Positions 1 to 14,500 are shown, numbered from the stretch's first letter. The stretch is DNA of 64,000 bases from Takakia lepidozioides (GCA_030704615.1 CM060733.1:28582001-28646000); one strand, 5' to 3'. The notes: generated from the letters alone by a model not told the origin. Translations and numbers: made by a program.

Positions 1-1192
1 GGAGGCTAAGACGAGGGAGAAAAGACTGATGACAACTGATGTAGTCAATATTAAGTGGGCTCATCAGTCATGGCTGAGGTTTGCTAGTTTGCAAGAGGTG
101 GAGGGAAGGAGGAATCCTTCTAATGCTGGGGGTAGAGGAAGAGTGGGGCAGAAATAGACATCTCTGACCTCTTGCGTTTTTTTGATAGTTACAAGGAGCA
201 AATCAATCACAGCGTATCCTCTCTGATCCATGTAAGGCTTCCACCCTAGAGGCTTCCTCACGCAGAAACCTCGTCTCGTGATGTGAGTTCGAATTAACTG
301 GGTTTTATTTCTGTTTAATCATATGGATCTTTCAGATTTCAGTCAAATTTATCTTGGTCTGTCTTTGGGTTTGCAGAATCACATAGAAGGTTTGACGCTA
401 GACAACGATGTTGCCACAAAAACCACATTGTCAGCCTTATTGCCCTATTTATTGGGCTTTTCTACGCAATTTTGAAGGCATTGGCTGCATGTCTCGGGAG
501 CTGGCAGATAATATTGTGTCTGTATTGTTGCAGTGTACAGTATGAGCAATATGGGACTTTCAGGAACTGGAAGCCAGGCAACCTCAACACTTGCCTTACC
601 ATTGCAGCAGCAGTTGGCTGGCCAGGCAAATTACACGGGTCTCTTCAACTCGAGTCAGAGTACAGGCTTTGGACAGCAACGGCAGCAACCCCCACCATCT
701 CAATGACAATTTACGAGTTGCTTCTGTATAATGTAATGAACACTGCAACGACAACTTACAACTGTTGCTGAGATTCCCTACGGATTGTACAACAACATTG
801 TCAATTATCGTGATGGATGGATACGTCAATCAGTCAATCATTTGATTGTTAATATCAATTGATTGACAATTGTTCAACTTTTGTTCCTGATATACTCAGT
901 TAGCCAGCCTAGGAACAGCTGGACATTGACAGACTCGCAAGACAGTCCTGATCATGGACAAAAGAGACCCTCAACAAAGCAGAAGCCTATGCTCCCAGGA
1001 GATCACAACAGATAAGACAAAGAAGATGACCCTTGTATCCACAGGCCCTTCACTCCGAAGCAAATTAGCCCTTGAGCCTAGAGTGTATGGGCAGGGGCTC
1101 AAAACGCAAGTGAGTCTTAGTTTTGGAACTCCTATTTGTCATGTCTTGTATCCCTTGAGCTCGGCAGGAAAGGCCATTGGCACGGAGCAAGG

Positions 1193-1290
1193 GTGTCCCC
1201 AACATTCAGAAGTTGAATCATAAGGGGATTCATCATTGAACGTGTCCCCAACATTCAGAAGTTGAATCATAAGGGAATTCATCATTGAAC
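1193..1290. repeat. 49-bp tandem duplication (2 copies, 1 mismatch)
   Basis: gtgtccccaacattcagaagttgaatcataagggrattcatcattgaac at 1193-1241 and 1242-1290. Confidence 0.9.
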
Positions 1291-1427
1291 GCTTTCGGCG
1301 GAGAATACTCATCTTCAAGCATCCAATAGAAGGGCCAGTGGTCAGGGCACGAGGTCGCTTATAAGTAGTTGTGTGTTCGAAGTCACATAGGTGTATGTGG
1401 AGTGTCACGCGACACAGCCAACAACTA

Positions 1428-2140
1428 TATAAGGGGGACTTTTACAGGACTTATATAATTTCTTCTAAAGTATCATTATGGAAATTTCGCTCACGAAACC
1501 GCTTGATTGTCTTACATTTCACCTCACCGCTCATGGCTCGTGGCTAATGAAATAGTAAACCACGCTCACCAAGTAAAGAATCTGAGAAGGACTCTTGGGC
1601 AGAGCCTACTCTTGCTTGATTGCTTGGCCTGCGTACCTGAACTGCAAGAAGATGAAAATTCAGCTCCTCATAGTGCAAGTTTTATTTTCAGAATAGGCTT
1701 TCACAAAAAGAACTGCAATCACTGCCCACATCCGTCTCCGCTAGACATGCGACCCTGGCTTAATTTCCTGCAACCCACATGGAGGGTTGAAGGTTTCACT
1801 GCCCAGAGAATTTGCACGTAAGTCCACTTGGATCTACGGGTGACTAGAGCTAATTGAGAGATTTCGGAATACTTCCATCTCTTCTCCAACATCCCCAGGT
1901 GAGAGCTCCCACCTTCAACCAGGTTTAGGTCTCAAGATGAAGATTCACCATTTTTCCTATTTTATACTCTAATAATATATATTTATTCCAGTACTGGGTA
2001 TATGGAAAGAATTTACCCTTCATATGGGGATATTCCAGATTGTTTACCTATATCTCTGAATTTTGTGGCCTCGGTGGTGGGCCCACCACCTCATTAACCC
2101 TTAAACGCCGCGGGGCCCATTTTGGGCTTTCACCCTTACA
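1428..2140 (-). mobile_element. Possible isolated LTR (~710 bp)
   Basis: Terminal inverted ends tataaggg (degenerate TGTAAGGG) ... cccttaca; TATAAATAGG on minus strand near 1960; no matching TSD, PBS or PPT seen. Confidence 0.35.
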
Positions 2141-2359
2141 GTGAAGGCTATAACATTTGCAGATCTTACCCGAATTTCATGAAGAAAAAAACCTAAGACG
2201 GGCTCCAACTGTACGGCCCAGATCCGGAAGCCATTGTCCTAATTCCAGTTTAAGGGTAAGTAACCAGGGTTTGAGTGAGAGGGAGTCAATGGCGGCGAGC
2301 TCCTGCGCCTTCACTTTGTTTCCTGCGGTTTGTGTTTGGCTCCTGCGATTAGAAACAAA

Positions 2360-2988
2360 TCAGGAAGCAGATAGGTAGGTACTGGACTGGGAAAGGAAAA
2401 TTACACACACAATGGCCCAAACCGATTGCAAACACAAGGAGAGACATTTTACCTCATAATAGACCGCAGCTGCTGAGTTAACATAATCGCTGGTGGCAAT
2501 GGTCACCATCTTCAGTGAGTCACTACAAGATAGCCCTGCTGGCAATCGTTGATCAGGCTGCAAATAGTCCACTGGATTCACAAGAGAGACAAATTGGGCC
2601 TTTACTCCCACACTCAAGTATGTAGGGCTCACCAAAGGATCTTCAACAATAGTGACATCAATGGCTGCTGTTTAATCGATAGGAACACGCCGTGGGAGCC
2701 CAAGAAGGAAAGAGTCAAGCTGTTCTATTCGTGAGACAATCGTTGAATCCCATATTCAAATGCATACACAAACCTGTTTCCAGCATAGGTGCCTATGAGA
2801 TAAGAAACAACATAAGAGGTTTTTGGAGACTTTCCTGCACATCGGTAGTAACTTGTCAAAGTCACTCCAAGCCACCACAGATCCACCCAACGAGCTAACT
2901 TACATAATTCCATATGCATCTCAGGGCCGAGTTTGATAAGAGGGCAAAACAGGCATAAATAGGTTGAAGAAGAAGGTGCCCTCGCCAC
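2360..2988 (-). pseudogene. Degenerate coding-like segment of unknown identity
   Basis: Two consecutive minus-strand ORFs (87 aa, 91 aa) separated by a stop and a frameshift; no recognisable motif. Confidence 0.2.
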
Positions 2989-4565
2989 ATTATCCTTGAC
3001 CTTGTGTCATGACCCATGGAGGATTTAACCGAACATCAACCGAAAATGACCTCTTGTATCTGTTGCTTATGTCTGTAGTCAAGTAATGTCGGATTGGTCT
3101 CTGTCGGATTGGTCACCACGGTGCAGCTCAGCAGGCAAAGATTGAAACACGGTCTGCTAAGACCAAGCTGACTTTCCCAAGAACCTTGTAAACATCAGGA
3201 AGAATACCAAATCATGGTACTAACTGGAGCCAAAGAGCCCACATTTGCAGGATGAAAAGGTTGTGCAGCATCGACATGTACGATCTCCCTCTTAGATTGG
3301 TGTGTGAAACCCCTCCGCGCTCAACCACGCTGGAACATCGACGTCCCTTCCCCGCGGTGCAAGACAGTTATTTTTTAGCAGTCCGGCAGGGCCAAAAAAA
3401 ATTGACGACAATGACGTAGAGATGATTACATGGCACTATGGCACCCTATTCCTGCTCTACGCTAAACTAGCTTCCGACCTTGGGTCGTCGCTAGAATGAC
3501 AACGATGATATGTCACTTTGGCACCCTATTTCCGCTATACAGTCGTTAGTTTGCCAGATTTTGAATGTGGTGAGGATATTATTAGCAGGGTGTGAATGTG
3601 ATGAGCCCGCTGTCAGAGTCCCTTTGCGCCATAAAGCCAACTTGTTAGCACGAGGCCACACAAAATTCAGAGGCCCAAAATGTAGGCGTCTTCAGTCACC
3701 TCGTGCTTGAGATAACTTAAGCTGTAGAATTTGTGACACTCCAAAAGGTCACATTCTTTGTCGCTAAAGATTCGCATGCTGACGAAACTTAAACAAGGCG
3801 TCTAATGAGATGCAAGATGTGCTAATTCTGCAATGAGGGAAAATGTGTGCCGACTTGCTTGAGCACATTTTTGAGGTTGATGGGATGAAGCATCAGGTTG
3901 CAATCCCCAAGTTATCTCTAGAGCACCAATACTCGACTCCTTTCTATTCTCCGCATAGAGTAGGCAAACAAGAGAACAAGAGCGATGTAGGAGCTCCGTG
4001 GTTTGCGGTGAGAGAGAGCCCCCAACGGTCTCTTCGTCTCCCTCCCGGGCCTGTCCCCTACATCGGCTACCTCCCTGTCGTTTGGGAAAATACTATTAGC
4101 AAAACCCAAACCTCGGGAGTTTCAGTTACATGGAATACTAACTTTATTGATACCTTCTCAATTCATCTTTCCCATTTTACAAGACCACCATCATCACCTC
4201 TCCATCCTAGATCTCTCTCTTAACTCTCCCACAAGTAAGCGGCGCATTTCATCCGTATTGGGATTCCAAAGCCCCCGCAGTCGCCGTCAACTTCATGATG
4301 CTTAACTTCGCCCCTGCCACCTGGTCAAGCCCCCCAGGAGCTGAAACCAGCTCCCCCAAACCCCCTCCACACTCTCACTATCGTTTACCCACTCTCTAAG
4401 TCATTTCGTTTCAGCTCATTTCTTTCCAAACTTTATACACTGCTCCCACTGCTCACAGTCTTGTTTTTGTGTTTTGTTTCTTAACTCTCCTTTCTAAGCT
4501 TCTCTTCTCCCCGAAATGGGTCCTTTCAATGCCTCGCAGCGCCGCCACAACTCCAACGCCTGGAA

Positions 4566-5215
4566 ATGCAACCATCCAGGCCCTTCCAGAACCCCGCTGA
4601 TCACCCGACCCCAGCCATCCTCAGGAACAAGATTCTTCCTGGCCCACCAGGCTCAAGCGATCCTTCCACATCAGCTCCAGGCCAGGAGGTCAGGCTCCCC
4701 CATGCACGCGGCACATCATCTCCAGACCAGGAGGTCGGGCTCCCCCATGCACACGATACAACCCGCACGACAACAAGTACAAGCTCGTCAGGTGGAAATC
4801 GCTCCAACCATGGACACCAGGCAACTGCAGCACAAGCCCCCAATTTTAATCCTCACCTATATGGGTTCAACGTCAATATCTTCCCTTGGTCATCCAACAT
4901 GGGCAACCGGAATGGCAAATTGTGGGGACCAAGAATTGTATCAGTTTCATTCATTCCAGATCAATATCTATCCAACTTCCCCGATATAGCCAACCACTTT
5001 GGGTTTTATCTGGGCTGCATCTCAGTGTTTGACCCCTTTATGTGCATGGACAATATCAGGACCGATCCGGCTTGGAGAGCCACCACCATTGCCTCAAGAG
5101 TGAATGACTCGGGTAGTGCAAAATTTGTTTTAATGATGCCCAATGAGGCTGTCTTTCCGCCCTATGTCGGGTTACCCATTGATGAGGAAGGTAACTACTT
5201 CACGATCAGGCTTAT
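4566..5215 (+). pseudogene. Truncated ORF, possibly the N-terminal part of a LINE ORF1
   Basis: Pyrimidine-rich leader, Pro/Ser/Thr-rich N-terminus with a 45-nt duplication (PGQEVRLPHA/PDQEVGLPHA), then a globular segment; cut at ~5215 by element A sequence, the last ~29 codons being antisense gypsy 3'UTR. Confidence 0.35.
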
Positions 5216-5645
5216 TTCGTCCCGAGGCTACACGATTATAGTACGTGAACGGAAGCACGTAGCTTCCGTGTTAGCCTGCACTACAAGGCAACCCCCTCGG
5301 TAGCGCAGTTATGGTACGCGCACGCGCCAGGTGCGCTCTAGCACGTGAACTCCCAAAGAAGGCGCAAGTTTCCTTGCCCCTTGGATGGGAGTCACCCGAT
5401 TTCGGCACTGCGCAAACATACGATTAATCCAATTTACCTCTCCCACTTTTGTAAGCTAGCATGCATTCTACACACTAGCCAACCATACCATGCATCACCA
5501 TTCCAAACAAAATATGAGGCGCAACATTTGGAAACCATTTATAACAAAATTTATACAACACAAGTTTTTGCAATCGGATTCCTGAGCTAGCTAAGCCGGG
5601 CTAAGCATGCATTTCCTCCCCCACGATCCAAGGTTGATGTCCCCA

Positions 5646-8600
5646 TCAATGCTTCTTCCGCTTTTGAGGTCGCCCTTCGAAAGTTGCAACTGCCTCGGAT
5701 GCGTTTCCCATTTCTGAGGCACGCACCCAAGATGCCTCCACATGATGATAGCCCTTCCATTTCACGAGATACTCAGTTTCTCGATTCTTGAACCTCCTCG
5801 ACTTAAGCACTGCCTCCACCTCGTACTTTGGTTCATTTTCATAATCCAACAGCACAGGTGGCGGACGCAACACTTGATGCCGATTCGGACGCGCTTCATC
5901 TTTGAAGTAAGGCTTCAAAAGGGAGACGTGGAATACCGGATGCACCTTGTTGTTTGCCGGTAGCTCCAATTCATACACATCCTCATTCATAACCTTCCGG
6001 ATGTCCCGCATACGGAGGTACGAACTTCGGGCTCACTCCCGGAGGTAGTCGGAAATTCTTGATGTTCAACCAGACCTCTGTGCCTGCCTCAAACTTAACT
6101 TCCCTCCGCTTCCGATTCGCCTGCCTTTCATACTGTTTCCTAGCTTTGGCAATGTTGTACTTTGCGAGCTTCAACAAACGCTCGCGTTGTTCCAGCACTA
6201 CTGCTGCTGCCGGTTCTTCAACATCTTGGGCGGCCCAACTTGTCGGCACCATAGGTGCTTTTCCATAGACCAATACGAAAGGGGAAACTCCCGTTGCGGA
6301 ATGTTTTGTGTTATTATAACAGAACTCTGTCGTGTCCAAGTGCTCCACCTAGTCTGATTGGTCTGCCGCCACGTAATTTCGCAAGATCTGCTTCACCACG
6401 GAATTCATTCTTTCCGTTTGGCCGTCCGTCGTAGGTCGGAAGGCGGTGCTCATTTTGAGCCTCGTCCCCATTTTCTTCCAAAGTGCCCTCCAAAATTTAC
6501 TCGTAAACTTTGGATCGCGGTCCGAGACAATATCCTTCGGGAGTCCATGATGCTTGAAAACGTGGGTGAAGTAAAGTCGCCCCGTCTCCTGCGCCGTTGC
6601 CGTCTCCTTGGTGAAGATGAAATGACCCATTTTACTTAATCATTTTGACAGTGGCATAGCAGTCATGGAATCCATCGAGACACTTTCCCAAGACCCCTCT
6701 GAAATCGGCAAGGGTTGTAACAGCCCCGCTTGCTTTTTGTACTCGCTCCGGTTTTGTCGGCATGGGGTGCATGTCTTGACATACTCCTCGGCCTCCTCCC
6801 TCAGTTTGGGCCAGAAATACTCTTTCTTCAAGAGTGCCGTGGTGCGCTTGGCTCCGCCGTGGCTCGCAAGTGGGCCATCATGGCATTCTCTCAAGAAACT
6901 ATCTTTGATCCCTTCGGCACGTAGAGACGCTTTTGCTTATACCGGAGCAGTCCATTTTGCAAGTGGAACTGCGATTTAACCCCCATCCTCAAGTCCCGCA
7001 TCACGGACTTTGCCATCTCATCCTTCCGGTAAGCCTTCCGGATCTTCCTTTGGAGCGTCGTCTCGCCCCTGTACACCTCATGAGCTGCTGCTTTCTACTT
7101 AAAGCATCGGCCACCACATTGCCCCGTCCCGGTTTGTACCGGATATCCAAGTCAAACACCGCCAAAATGTCTTGCCACCTAAGTTGTTTTGGGGACAACT
7201 TAGGCTGCGTAGCAAAATACTTCACCGTGACATTGTCCGTGAATACCTTCACCGGGTTGGAACCAACATAGTGGCGCCAAAGCTCATGGCAATGCACCAT
7301 CGCCTTCATCTCTTTCTCGTGCGTCGGCCACCGTCGCTCCACCTCATTCAGTTTATTACTTTCGTAAGCCACTGGACGTCGATCTTGCATAAGTACACCC
7401 CCAATCGCGAAGTCCGACGCATCTGTATGAATCTCAAACGGATGGTCGAACTCCAGGATTTTCAAGACTGGAGCTTCCGCCATCCGCTGCTTCAACTCGG
7501 CAAAAGCTTGGCCACAAAAGGTGTTTCATACCCATACCTTGGATTTACACAGAAGGTGTGACAGCGGCCCCGCAATCTTGGCAAAATTTCTCACATACTT
7601 TCGGAAATAGGAGGCGAGTCCTAGGAAGGATCGCACTCCCGGGACCGAAGTCGGAGGCTCCTAGTCCAAGATCGCCCTCACTTTTCTGTCATCCATTTTG
7701 ATCCCATCCTGTGTAATCACATGCCCCAGGAACTCCACTTTTGTGACCCCGAATTCGCACTTTGAAGCTTTGGCATACAACTTCCCTTCCCGCAATTTCT
7801 GGAACACCCTTTTGAGGTGCTCCAGGTGCTCCTCCTTTGTTTTCGAGTACATCAAGATGTCGTCGATGTACACGATCACAAAGTCATCCAGCCACTCCTG
7901 GAAAAGACTGTTCATCAGCGTGCTAAAGGTCGTGGGTGCATTGGTGAGCCCAAAAGGCATCACCAAGAACGTATATGAACCATACCTTGTCCTGCACGCG
8001 GTCTTCTCCTCATCTCCTTCCGCCACTCAAATTTGATGATAGCCGGAGCGCAAATCGATCCGGCTGAAATACTTCGCTCCTGCCAACCGATCGAAAAGGT
8101 CGTCGATCCTTGGGCAAAGGGTACCGATTTTTTATAGTCACCTTATTCAGAGCCCTGTAATCGACACACATCCGCAGTATGCCATCCTTCTTGTCTGCGA
8201 ATAGTACCAGGGCTCCGTAAGGTGACTTAATCGGCCGGATGTACCCCTTTGACATTAGATCCTTGAGCTGAGTCTTCAGCTCGACCAACTCTCTGTGGCT
8301 CAACCGGTAGGGCGCCTTGGCAGGCAGCTCCGATCCCGGTATCAAACCATTCCCACACGATAGCGTGACTACTCTCTTGCAGCCATCTATGACCGCTCCG
8401 GATCTGCTCAAAAATGTCATCCCCAAAATGAGATCCACTCCATCGATCTCGCAAATGGTAAAGTTTTCACGTCCCTCCCAACTCCCGAGCTGAAGAGGAA
8501 CATCGAACGCCAACTTCGTCGCCAATTGTGGTTTTCCTTTAGCAGAACGCACCTCAATAGGGGCTCCCACATCACTTGTCGGGAGTCCCAGCTTCCGTGC

Positions 8601-9898
8601 CATTGCCGGTGTCATGAAGGAGTGCGACGCTCCTGTGTCCACCAACAACGACACGTTAGTTCCGGAAATTATCCCATTCACGAACAATAACTGACTCCCT
8701 TTACGCAGGGCGCCAGTTTCCTGATACAACTCACAAGAGTAGTTGCCTACCTTGCAAGTCTTGGCGACCACCGCTTCCACCAAGCAGCTGATGGAATCTT
8801 CTGACAGCTCTGTGATCGCCCGAGTCATGTTCAATTGTCGGGGTTTTGCGCACTTCTTAGCCATGTGCTCGGGCTCCTCGCAATTAAAGCACACTCCATC
8901 GAAGGTCACCTTTTGTCCGCCATAAGCCGTCGCACCTGATTTTCCTTTCGGAGCACCGGGTGTCGTCTTGGCATGTGAAGGCCCTCCCTTCAATTTCCAC
9001 GTGCCATTGTCGCCGCGTGGCCTATCCCACTTCTTTTCCGGTCGAAATGAGTCACCCTCCCGCCGGGTCTTCTTGTGGTTCAGCTCCGTACGGCCTTGTC
9101 TTTCGCCCCTAGGGACATCCGAGAAACATTCAGCCCTCTCAATTGCCTCGTTCAAAGTCTTAGGTGGCTTCTCCTCCAACTTCCGCCTGGCTCATGGAGC
9201 CAGTCCCGCCACAAAGTTGAAGACCATCTCTGGTTCTGCCATGTCCGTGAGTTCGAGCAATAGCACATTGAAAGCCTGAACATATCCCCGAATGTCATCC
9301 GTTTGCTTCAAATTACTCATCTTGTCTCGGGCGAGCCAGGACGCGTTGAGGGGCACAAACTGTCTCTTCATCAGTTCCTTGAACCCACTCCAGCTTAAGG
9401 ATTCTGGGTTTGGACCTCGGTTGTGAAGGCGTTTCTGCCACCATTGTGAGCATAGCCCCTCAAATAGGTGGGAGCCACTTCCACCCGATCTTCGTTTCTG
9501 AACTTGGCCTGCTCTAGCTCCAAGAGCCAGGTGTTGAGTGCCTTCTGATTTCGGACGCCCTCGAAGGTGCCGAGTTCATTAGGCTTCACCTTAAACTTTG
9601 CCTTAGTGGAAGTGGCATTAGTCGCCTTCAACACGTCTTTCAACGTCCCGCCAAACTGCGCCAACAACCCTTCCCAAAAGGCTACTGGCATGGGAGGCAT
9701 CTGTTGGTCTGTTGAAGCTCTTAGGAATTCCTTAGGCTCTGACTCCTCAGATTCCTCCCGTTCTTGAGCGGCCTCGTTTTCAAAAGTATGCATCGCTTCC
9801 TCAAATGGCCGCTTCGGTGACACGTCGCCCCCATCGGGCTCACCAGGATCATCATCTTTCGGGCCGTTCCGCTTTCGCCTTGGCTTGCCCGACCCCAT
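5646..9898 (-). pseudogene. Element A gag-pol, disrupted
   Basis: [14 protein letters not shown] knuckle, [10 protein letters not shown] protease, YIDD RT, TDASDFAIGGVL RNase H, integrase core, chromodomain YEVEAVLK...YLVKWKGY; several stops, frameshifts and deletions relative to B. Confidence 0.92.
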
Positions 9899-9939
9899 GA
9901 TGAGGCCGATCCCAAGGACGACCGCGTACTGAACTCTAA

Positions 9940-9951
9940 GCTCTGATACCA
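9940..9951 (-). promoter_or_regulatory. Primer binding site (tRNA-iMet) of element A
   Basis: TGGTATCAGAGC on minus strand, 2 nt from the LTR end. Confidence 0.9.
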
Positions 9952-9953
9952 AG

Positions 9954-10482
9954 TGTCGCGCACCTCACTTCAGTAAGCTCCCATTCAAGTCATAGTTACT
10001 CGCTTTGATGCGCGCGCCTAACTCCCAACCTGGCCGCCGACCAACTTGGAGCTTCGGCTGCTCACCGGGACATAACGATCCCCCTTTACTCTTCCAAAAG
10101 ACCCTCCACCAATTTGGGCCTAGTGGAAATTCCCTTTGGTAGATGGTAGTCCGGAATAGTTCCCCACTCCTTGGTCGCTTTCCAGCTCGCTCGCTTACTC
10201 ACTAGTTTTTGGTCACCACCGAGCTTGCACCGTTTTCGGGGTTACTACTCCCTATATATACTTCTATGACTGTCCGCGGGGGTTTCACAAACAACCATGC
10301 CAGTTTATGGCGAACCACCACGAAGACCCTCAACTCCCGGTTATGAGTCGCGGTGAGTCTTGGCCCACCCACCACGGCCCCAATGGACCGTGATGAGTCC
10401 CAAGACTCCCCACAACTCCCACCACAAGGTCTCCGCCCCATGGTGAGTCCTATGCCACCCCCACTAAGTCCCGCTAAGCTCC
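9954..10482 (-). repeat. Element A 5' LTR, inner part
   Basis: Matches the B LTRs; interrupted after gctcc (10478-10482). Confidence 0.92.
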
Positions 10483-11531
10483 TGTCGGGCGGCTTTTACT
10501 CATCCATCCCTTCGCTATCCGAGGTAGGAACTCCAAGATAGAAGAGTTGGAAATCTCTAAGCACTCAGCCCGCTCAGAACAATCAGTCATGACCTACAGC
10601 TAGTGTATCATGGGGGTGTTTCCTATTTGTATTCCTTCCCGTATTCATGTTAGCAAGTTCCCTTACTATTGGCAATTTAAGTATCAGATTGCTTCAGCAA
10701 TCTATCAGGTTCCATCAACTCATCCATCCATTCCACAGCTTCACTCAGGTCTCTCTACACAGTGTGAGTATGAAGTATGTATCAGATTAATTTCTATCAA
10801 GTATCAGGCTGAAGCCATGGCGTCTCTAAACTGCCCTACATTACAACTCTACAGCTTGCATTCATCAAGCATCAACAGATCGTCTCTCCTCCTACTTCGT
10901 GCTCTCCATCTTTTCGCTCAGAGATGCGCTCCCCGCCTGATCTCCCAACCGTGATGCCAGAAGTCCCCCCTAGAAGTCCCTTTCCAGACGTCCCCGCTCT
11001 TGGTTGTATCTACCACAAGCTGTTCTAACCGCTTTCCTAACTAACCGTCATCCCTGTAGTACACGTTCCTTTTTCAGACGTCGTTCCCCCACAGTCGTTT
11101 CCTGCCAATGATAACTGTCCCCCAGCTGTGCCGAGCTGTGACTGGCTGTATCAGGCTGTGTAGGGCTGTGACTGGTTGTGTCGGGCTGTGTAGGGCTGTG
11201 CGAAGCTGTGGCGGCTGTGTCGGGCTGTGACTGGCTGTGTTGGGCTGTGTCGGCTGTGCGAAGCTGTGGCCGGCTGTGTTGGCTGTGTAGGGCTGTGTTG
11301 GCTGTGCGGAGCTGTGACGGCTGTGATGACTGTGGCGGCTGTGTCGGACTGTGACAGGCTGTGTCGGGCTGTGTATCTCCCCCCCTAAAGCCTGTTGCTG
11401 TCACCCCTAAGGCTCCTGTTGGTCTCAGTCTGTGTAAATATTAAGGGTACCCCACAGATCCCGTAAAAGGGTCTCAGTCAGTACCCCATTGATCCCGTAA
11501 AAGCGTCTAAGTCCCAAGCAGCCCTCTAACA
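10483..11531 (-). repeat. Element C 3' LTR (1049 bp)
   Basis: tgtcgggc...ccctctaaca; near-identical to 22763-23783; adjacent PPT. Confidence 0.93.
11124..11374. repeat. GGCTGTG-core 9-10-bp tandem array in the 3' LTR of C
   Basis: About 25 units such as ggctgtgtcg / ggctgtgact / ggctgtgtag. Confidence 0.9.
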
Positions 11532-11555
11532 TTTACCCCTCCCCCTCTCAAAAAG
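11532..11555 (-). promoter_or_regulatory. Polypurine tract of element C
   Basis: Minus strand GAGAGGGGGAGGGGTAAA immediately before the LTR TG. Confidence 0.85.
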
Positions 11556-11570
11556 CCGTGTCCTCACGGT

Positions 11571-14500
11571 TTACTGTTTGGGATTAGCAAACCTTTGTGA
11601 GCGAGCACCCTTCTGACGTTGAGAGTCTCGTGAAGGACTCCGTGTGCGAGCCCGAGGTATGTCACTGGTTGACATAGATGATTGAGCACAACCTGGAAAT
11701 GTCAGTCCCTCCTTTGGCTGATATCGAGGTAATCTCTCAGGCATAGGAGACCCCCGTCGCTTCTTCTCTGCCATCTGAATTGCATAGTCCTCTGCCATGT
11801 CAAAAGAGTCCGCTGAAGAAACAGTAGTATCAGAATCGTCTTCCCCCCTGAGGTGTTTTAACGGTCGAACTCTAACTGGAATCCTCTAGGGCATACAATG
11901 TGGTCCCACCATGTCTGGAAGTTTAATCTGTAAAACTTGTTGTAAGCGCTGAATTGCAAAATTGGTGAAGACCCTGAACTCCTTGTCTGTACAGATGAGT
12001 GGTGTGCCAATGACTTGAGAACAATGCAAGTATTTCCATGCCTCATGTCCCTTAAAGAAAATATCGTCAGGCCCGAATTTCTGTGTTGACAAATTGTTCC
12101 AGGCCGAATGAAACCATGAACAAATTTGAGAATCCTTTTGCATCATAACTTTTGCCTCATATAGGTACATATGAGGTGGCACTGAAGGTAAGACCCAATG
12201 ATCCCCACTGGAATAACTCAGAAAGCGCGATTGCATCTTCTGCTGCTCAATGTGATAACGTGCCAGAAAACAAGCAGCATAGTATAACCCGCAGCCCATG
12301 ACAATACTTGCTACCTCCTTGGTCTTGGTATAAATGAATCCATGTACAACTTGGAAGGCAATTAATTCCTTCAACATGGTACTTGCCTCATGCCAGTACC
12401 TCGCAAAGTGATGATCTTCAATGGGTCGATTGTTCGGAAGAACCTTAGTCCTAGTTGCCACTGGCAGCCAAATGCGCATGATCTGGTAGTAATGTGCCAA
12501 CGACTGCGGAGGACTAAATTCCTTCCAAGCCAAATCCAACACAATGGGGATTTGGTTGAAGGGCATAATCATAGCCCAACTGTACTCCCGTGCAGCAGGA
12601 GTTTTAGGTGGGTTAAAAGCAGCATCCCCCCATACCTCAGGCTGTGGCGGCTGTGGTGTGGCTGTAGTAACAACAGGGTTAGCTACTGGCACAATCACTT
12701 GTTGTGGTATTGGTAGCACTGGCTCTTGTACCACTGGCATCTCCTGCACCCCCTGCGAAGAAGACTGAAAAGCTAAAGTTTTGGCTTGTAAATAAGAAGC
12801 CATCAGCTGCTCCTCAGGTACAAAGACTCTCTTGTCAATATTTGATGTCAGGTCCTCCACCTGAGTCTGCAGGCCGTCTACATCCTCTTGTAGCTACGCT
12901 ATCCTACTATGGATATTGTCTATAGTAGTTGTGGCAATGTTCTGCACCTGCAGTCTGAGCTCATTCATCTCGCCCTGGGTGAGCTTCCGTGGTGCTTTGC
13001 CTTCCACCGGTCCTTGTGCTAACCAGACCTGCAGAAGGTGGTTATCCACCAAGTTGCTTGTGGCACCCCTGAGAGTCTGCTCCTCTCTGAGTTTGTACAT
13101 ATCTAACTGTTGCTGTAAAGCCTCCATGCGCTTTGCATGAGATTCAACCAAACTCGCATAGGCAGCAATCAGATTATTGGCTTCCTTCCAAGCCTTGTTA
13201 GCGACAGAGAGTTCATTTCTATTAGCCATGACCGTTTGTTGCAATTCTAGGATGTACCTCTCTTGGTCAGCTTCAACCTGCCTATATTGCTTGAAAGTAT
13301 TCTCATTGTGACATATTGTATTCTTCATATCAACAATGAGTTTCGCCTGCTCGAGTGTCTCTGCCTCTGCCTTCAGACATCTTTCCGCTTGACTGTTAAC
13401 TTCTATTGTAGTTTGCTCAAGCGTAGTTGTGAGTGTAGCACATTGTATGGTCATCCTCTCATATACTGCCTGCAACTCGGTATGTAGTGCATTTACTTCT
13501 TGCAAGTTGCCCTCATGCTTCACCTGCATCTGGTATAATTGTTGGTTATGTGCTTCGTGCAACTGGTCCTGCGCGAGGCCTGCTTCAATCAAATGTTCCT
13601 TGGCCAATTGCAAAGCAGCTTTTGTACCCTCTAACTCTTGCTGTAACTTGAGAGTGACCTCCTCATCGACCTTGTTTGCACACTCAGTGGCAAGTCGAGC
13701 CTCAAACTCCTTCCTGAGTTCCTCCCTCAAAGCTGCCAATTGGGTAGATGGAACATGGGATTTCACATAAGGCCCAACAAATTAAGTGTCATACTTATGG
13801 AACTCATAAGCATGGCCTGTTGAGGGTCATCATGGTGAGTTTGCTGCTGTTCTCCTTGATCCTCGATAGTGTGATGCCTCACGAACCATTCAGGCCATTG
13901 CCCCACCATATTTTCTTCCTGAACCATCTCATCCGCCACAGGTGGTGCAGTGTCTTGATATTCTACCTGTGGTACCTCCGTCACAGGTGTGGGTATTACA
14001 TGCATAGCAGGGTTTCCCCTAGACAACCGCTGTACCTCTGGAATCACTGGTTCCCTTACCAAGCCAGAGTTTTCATAGAGAAGGTCACCCTTCTCAATTT
14101 CGGCCACGACCTGCTCTGTAGTGGGAATGTCCAACCTTTCTCCTTCTTGAGCAATTGGTGGTGATGCCACAACATATACTAATTGTGGAGCCTCCAAAAC
14201 AACAGAGTCAATTGGTTGTGGTATCGAAGTGACTTCCTCTTCCCTCTCTGAAGGCCCTGCTTCCAATAGTAGCAGCTCTCTGTGCTGCTGTGCCCCTTCC
14301 TGCACAAGAGCTTGGGAAACATTATCATGCGGTTTCCGTGAAGCCAGTGGATCCGCCACTACAGTCTTTCCCTGCCTCTGTCTCTTAGACTGGGGTTGCA
14401 CTGCCAGTCCACCCTCACTGTGTGAAGAGCCTTGCTCTTCAATGGCAGTGGTTTCTGTTTCAAACACTCCCATCTCCTTTCTCTCCCGAGTATCAAGTAT

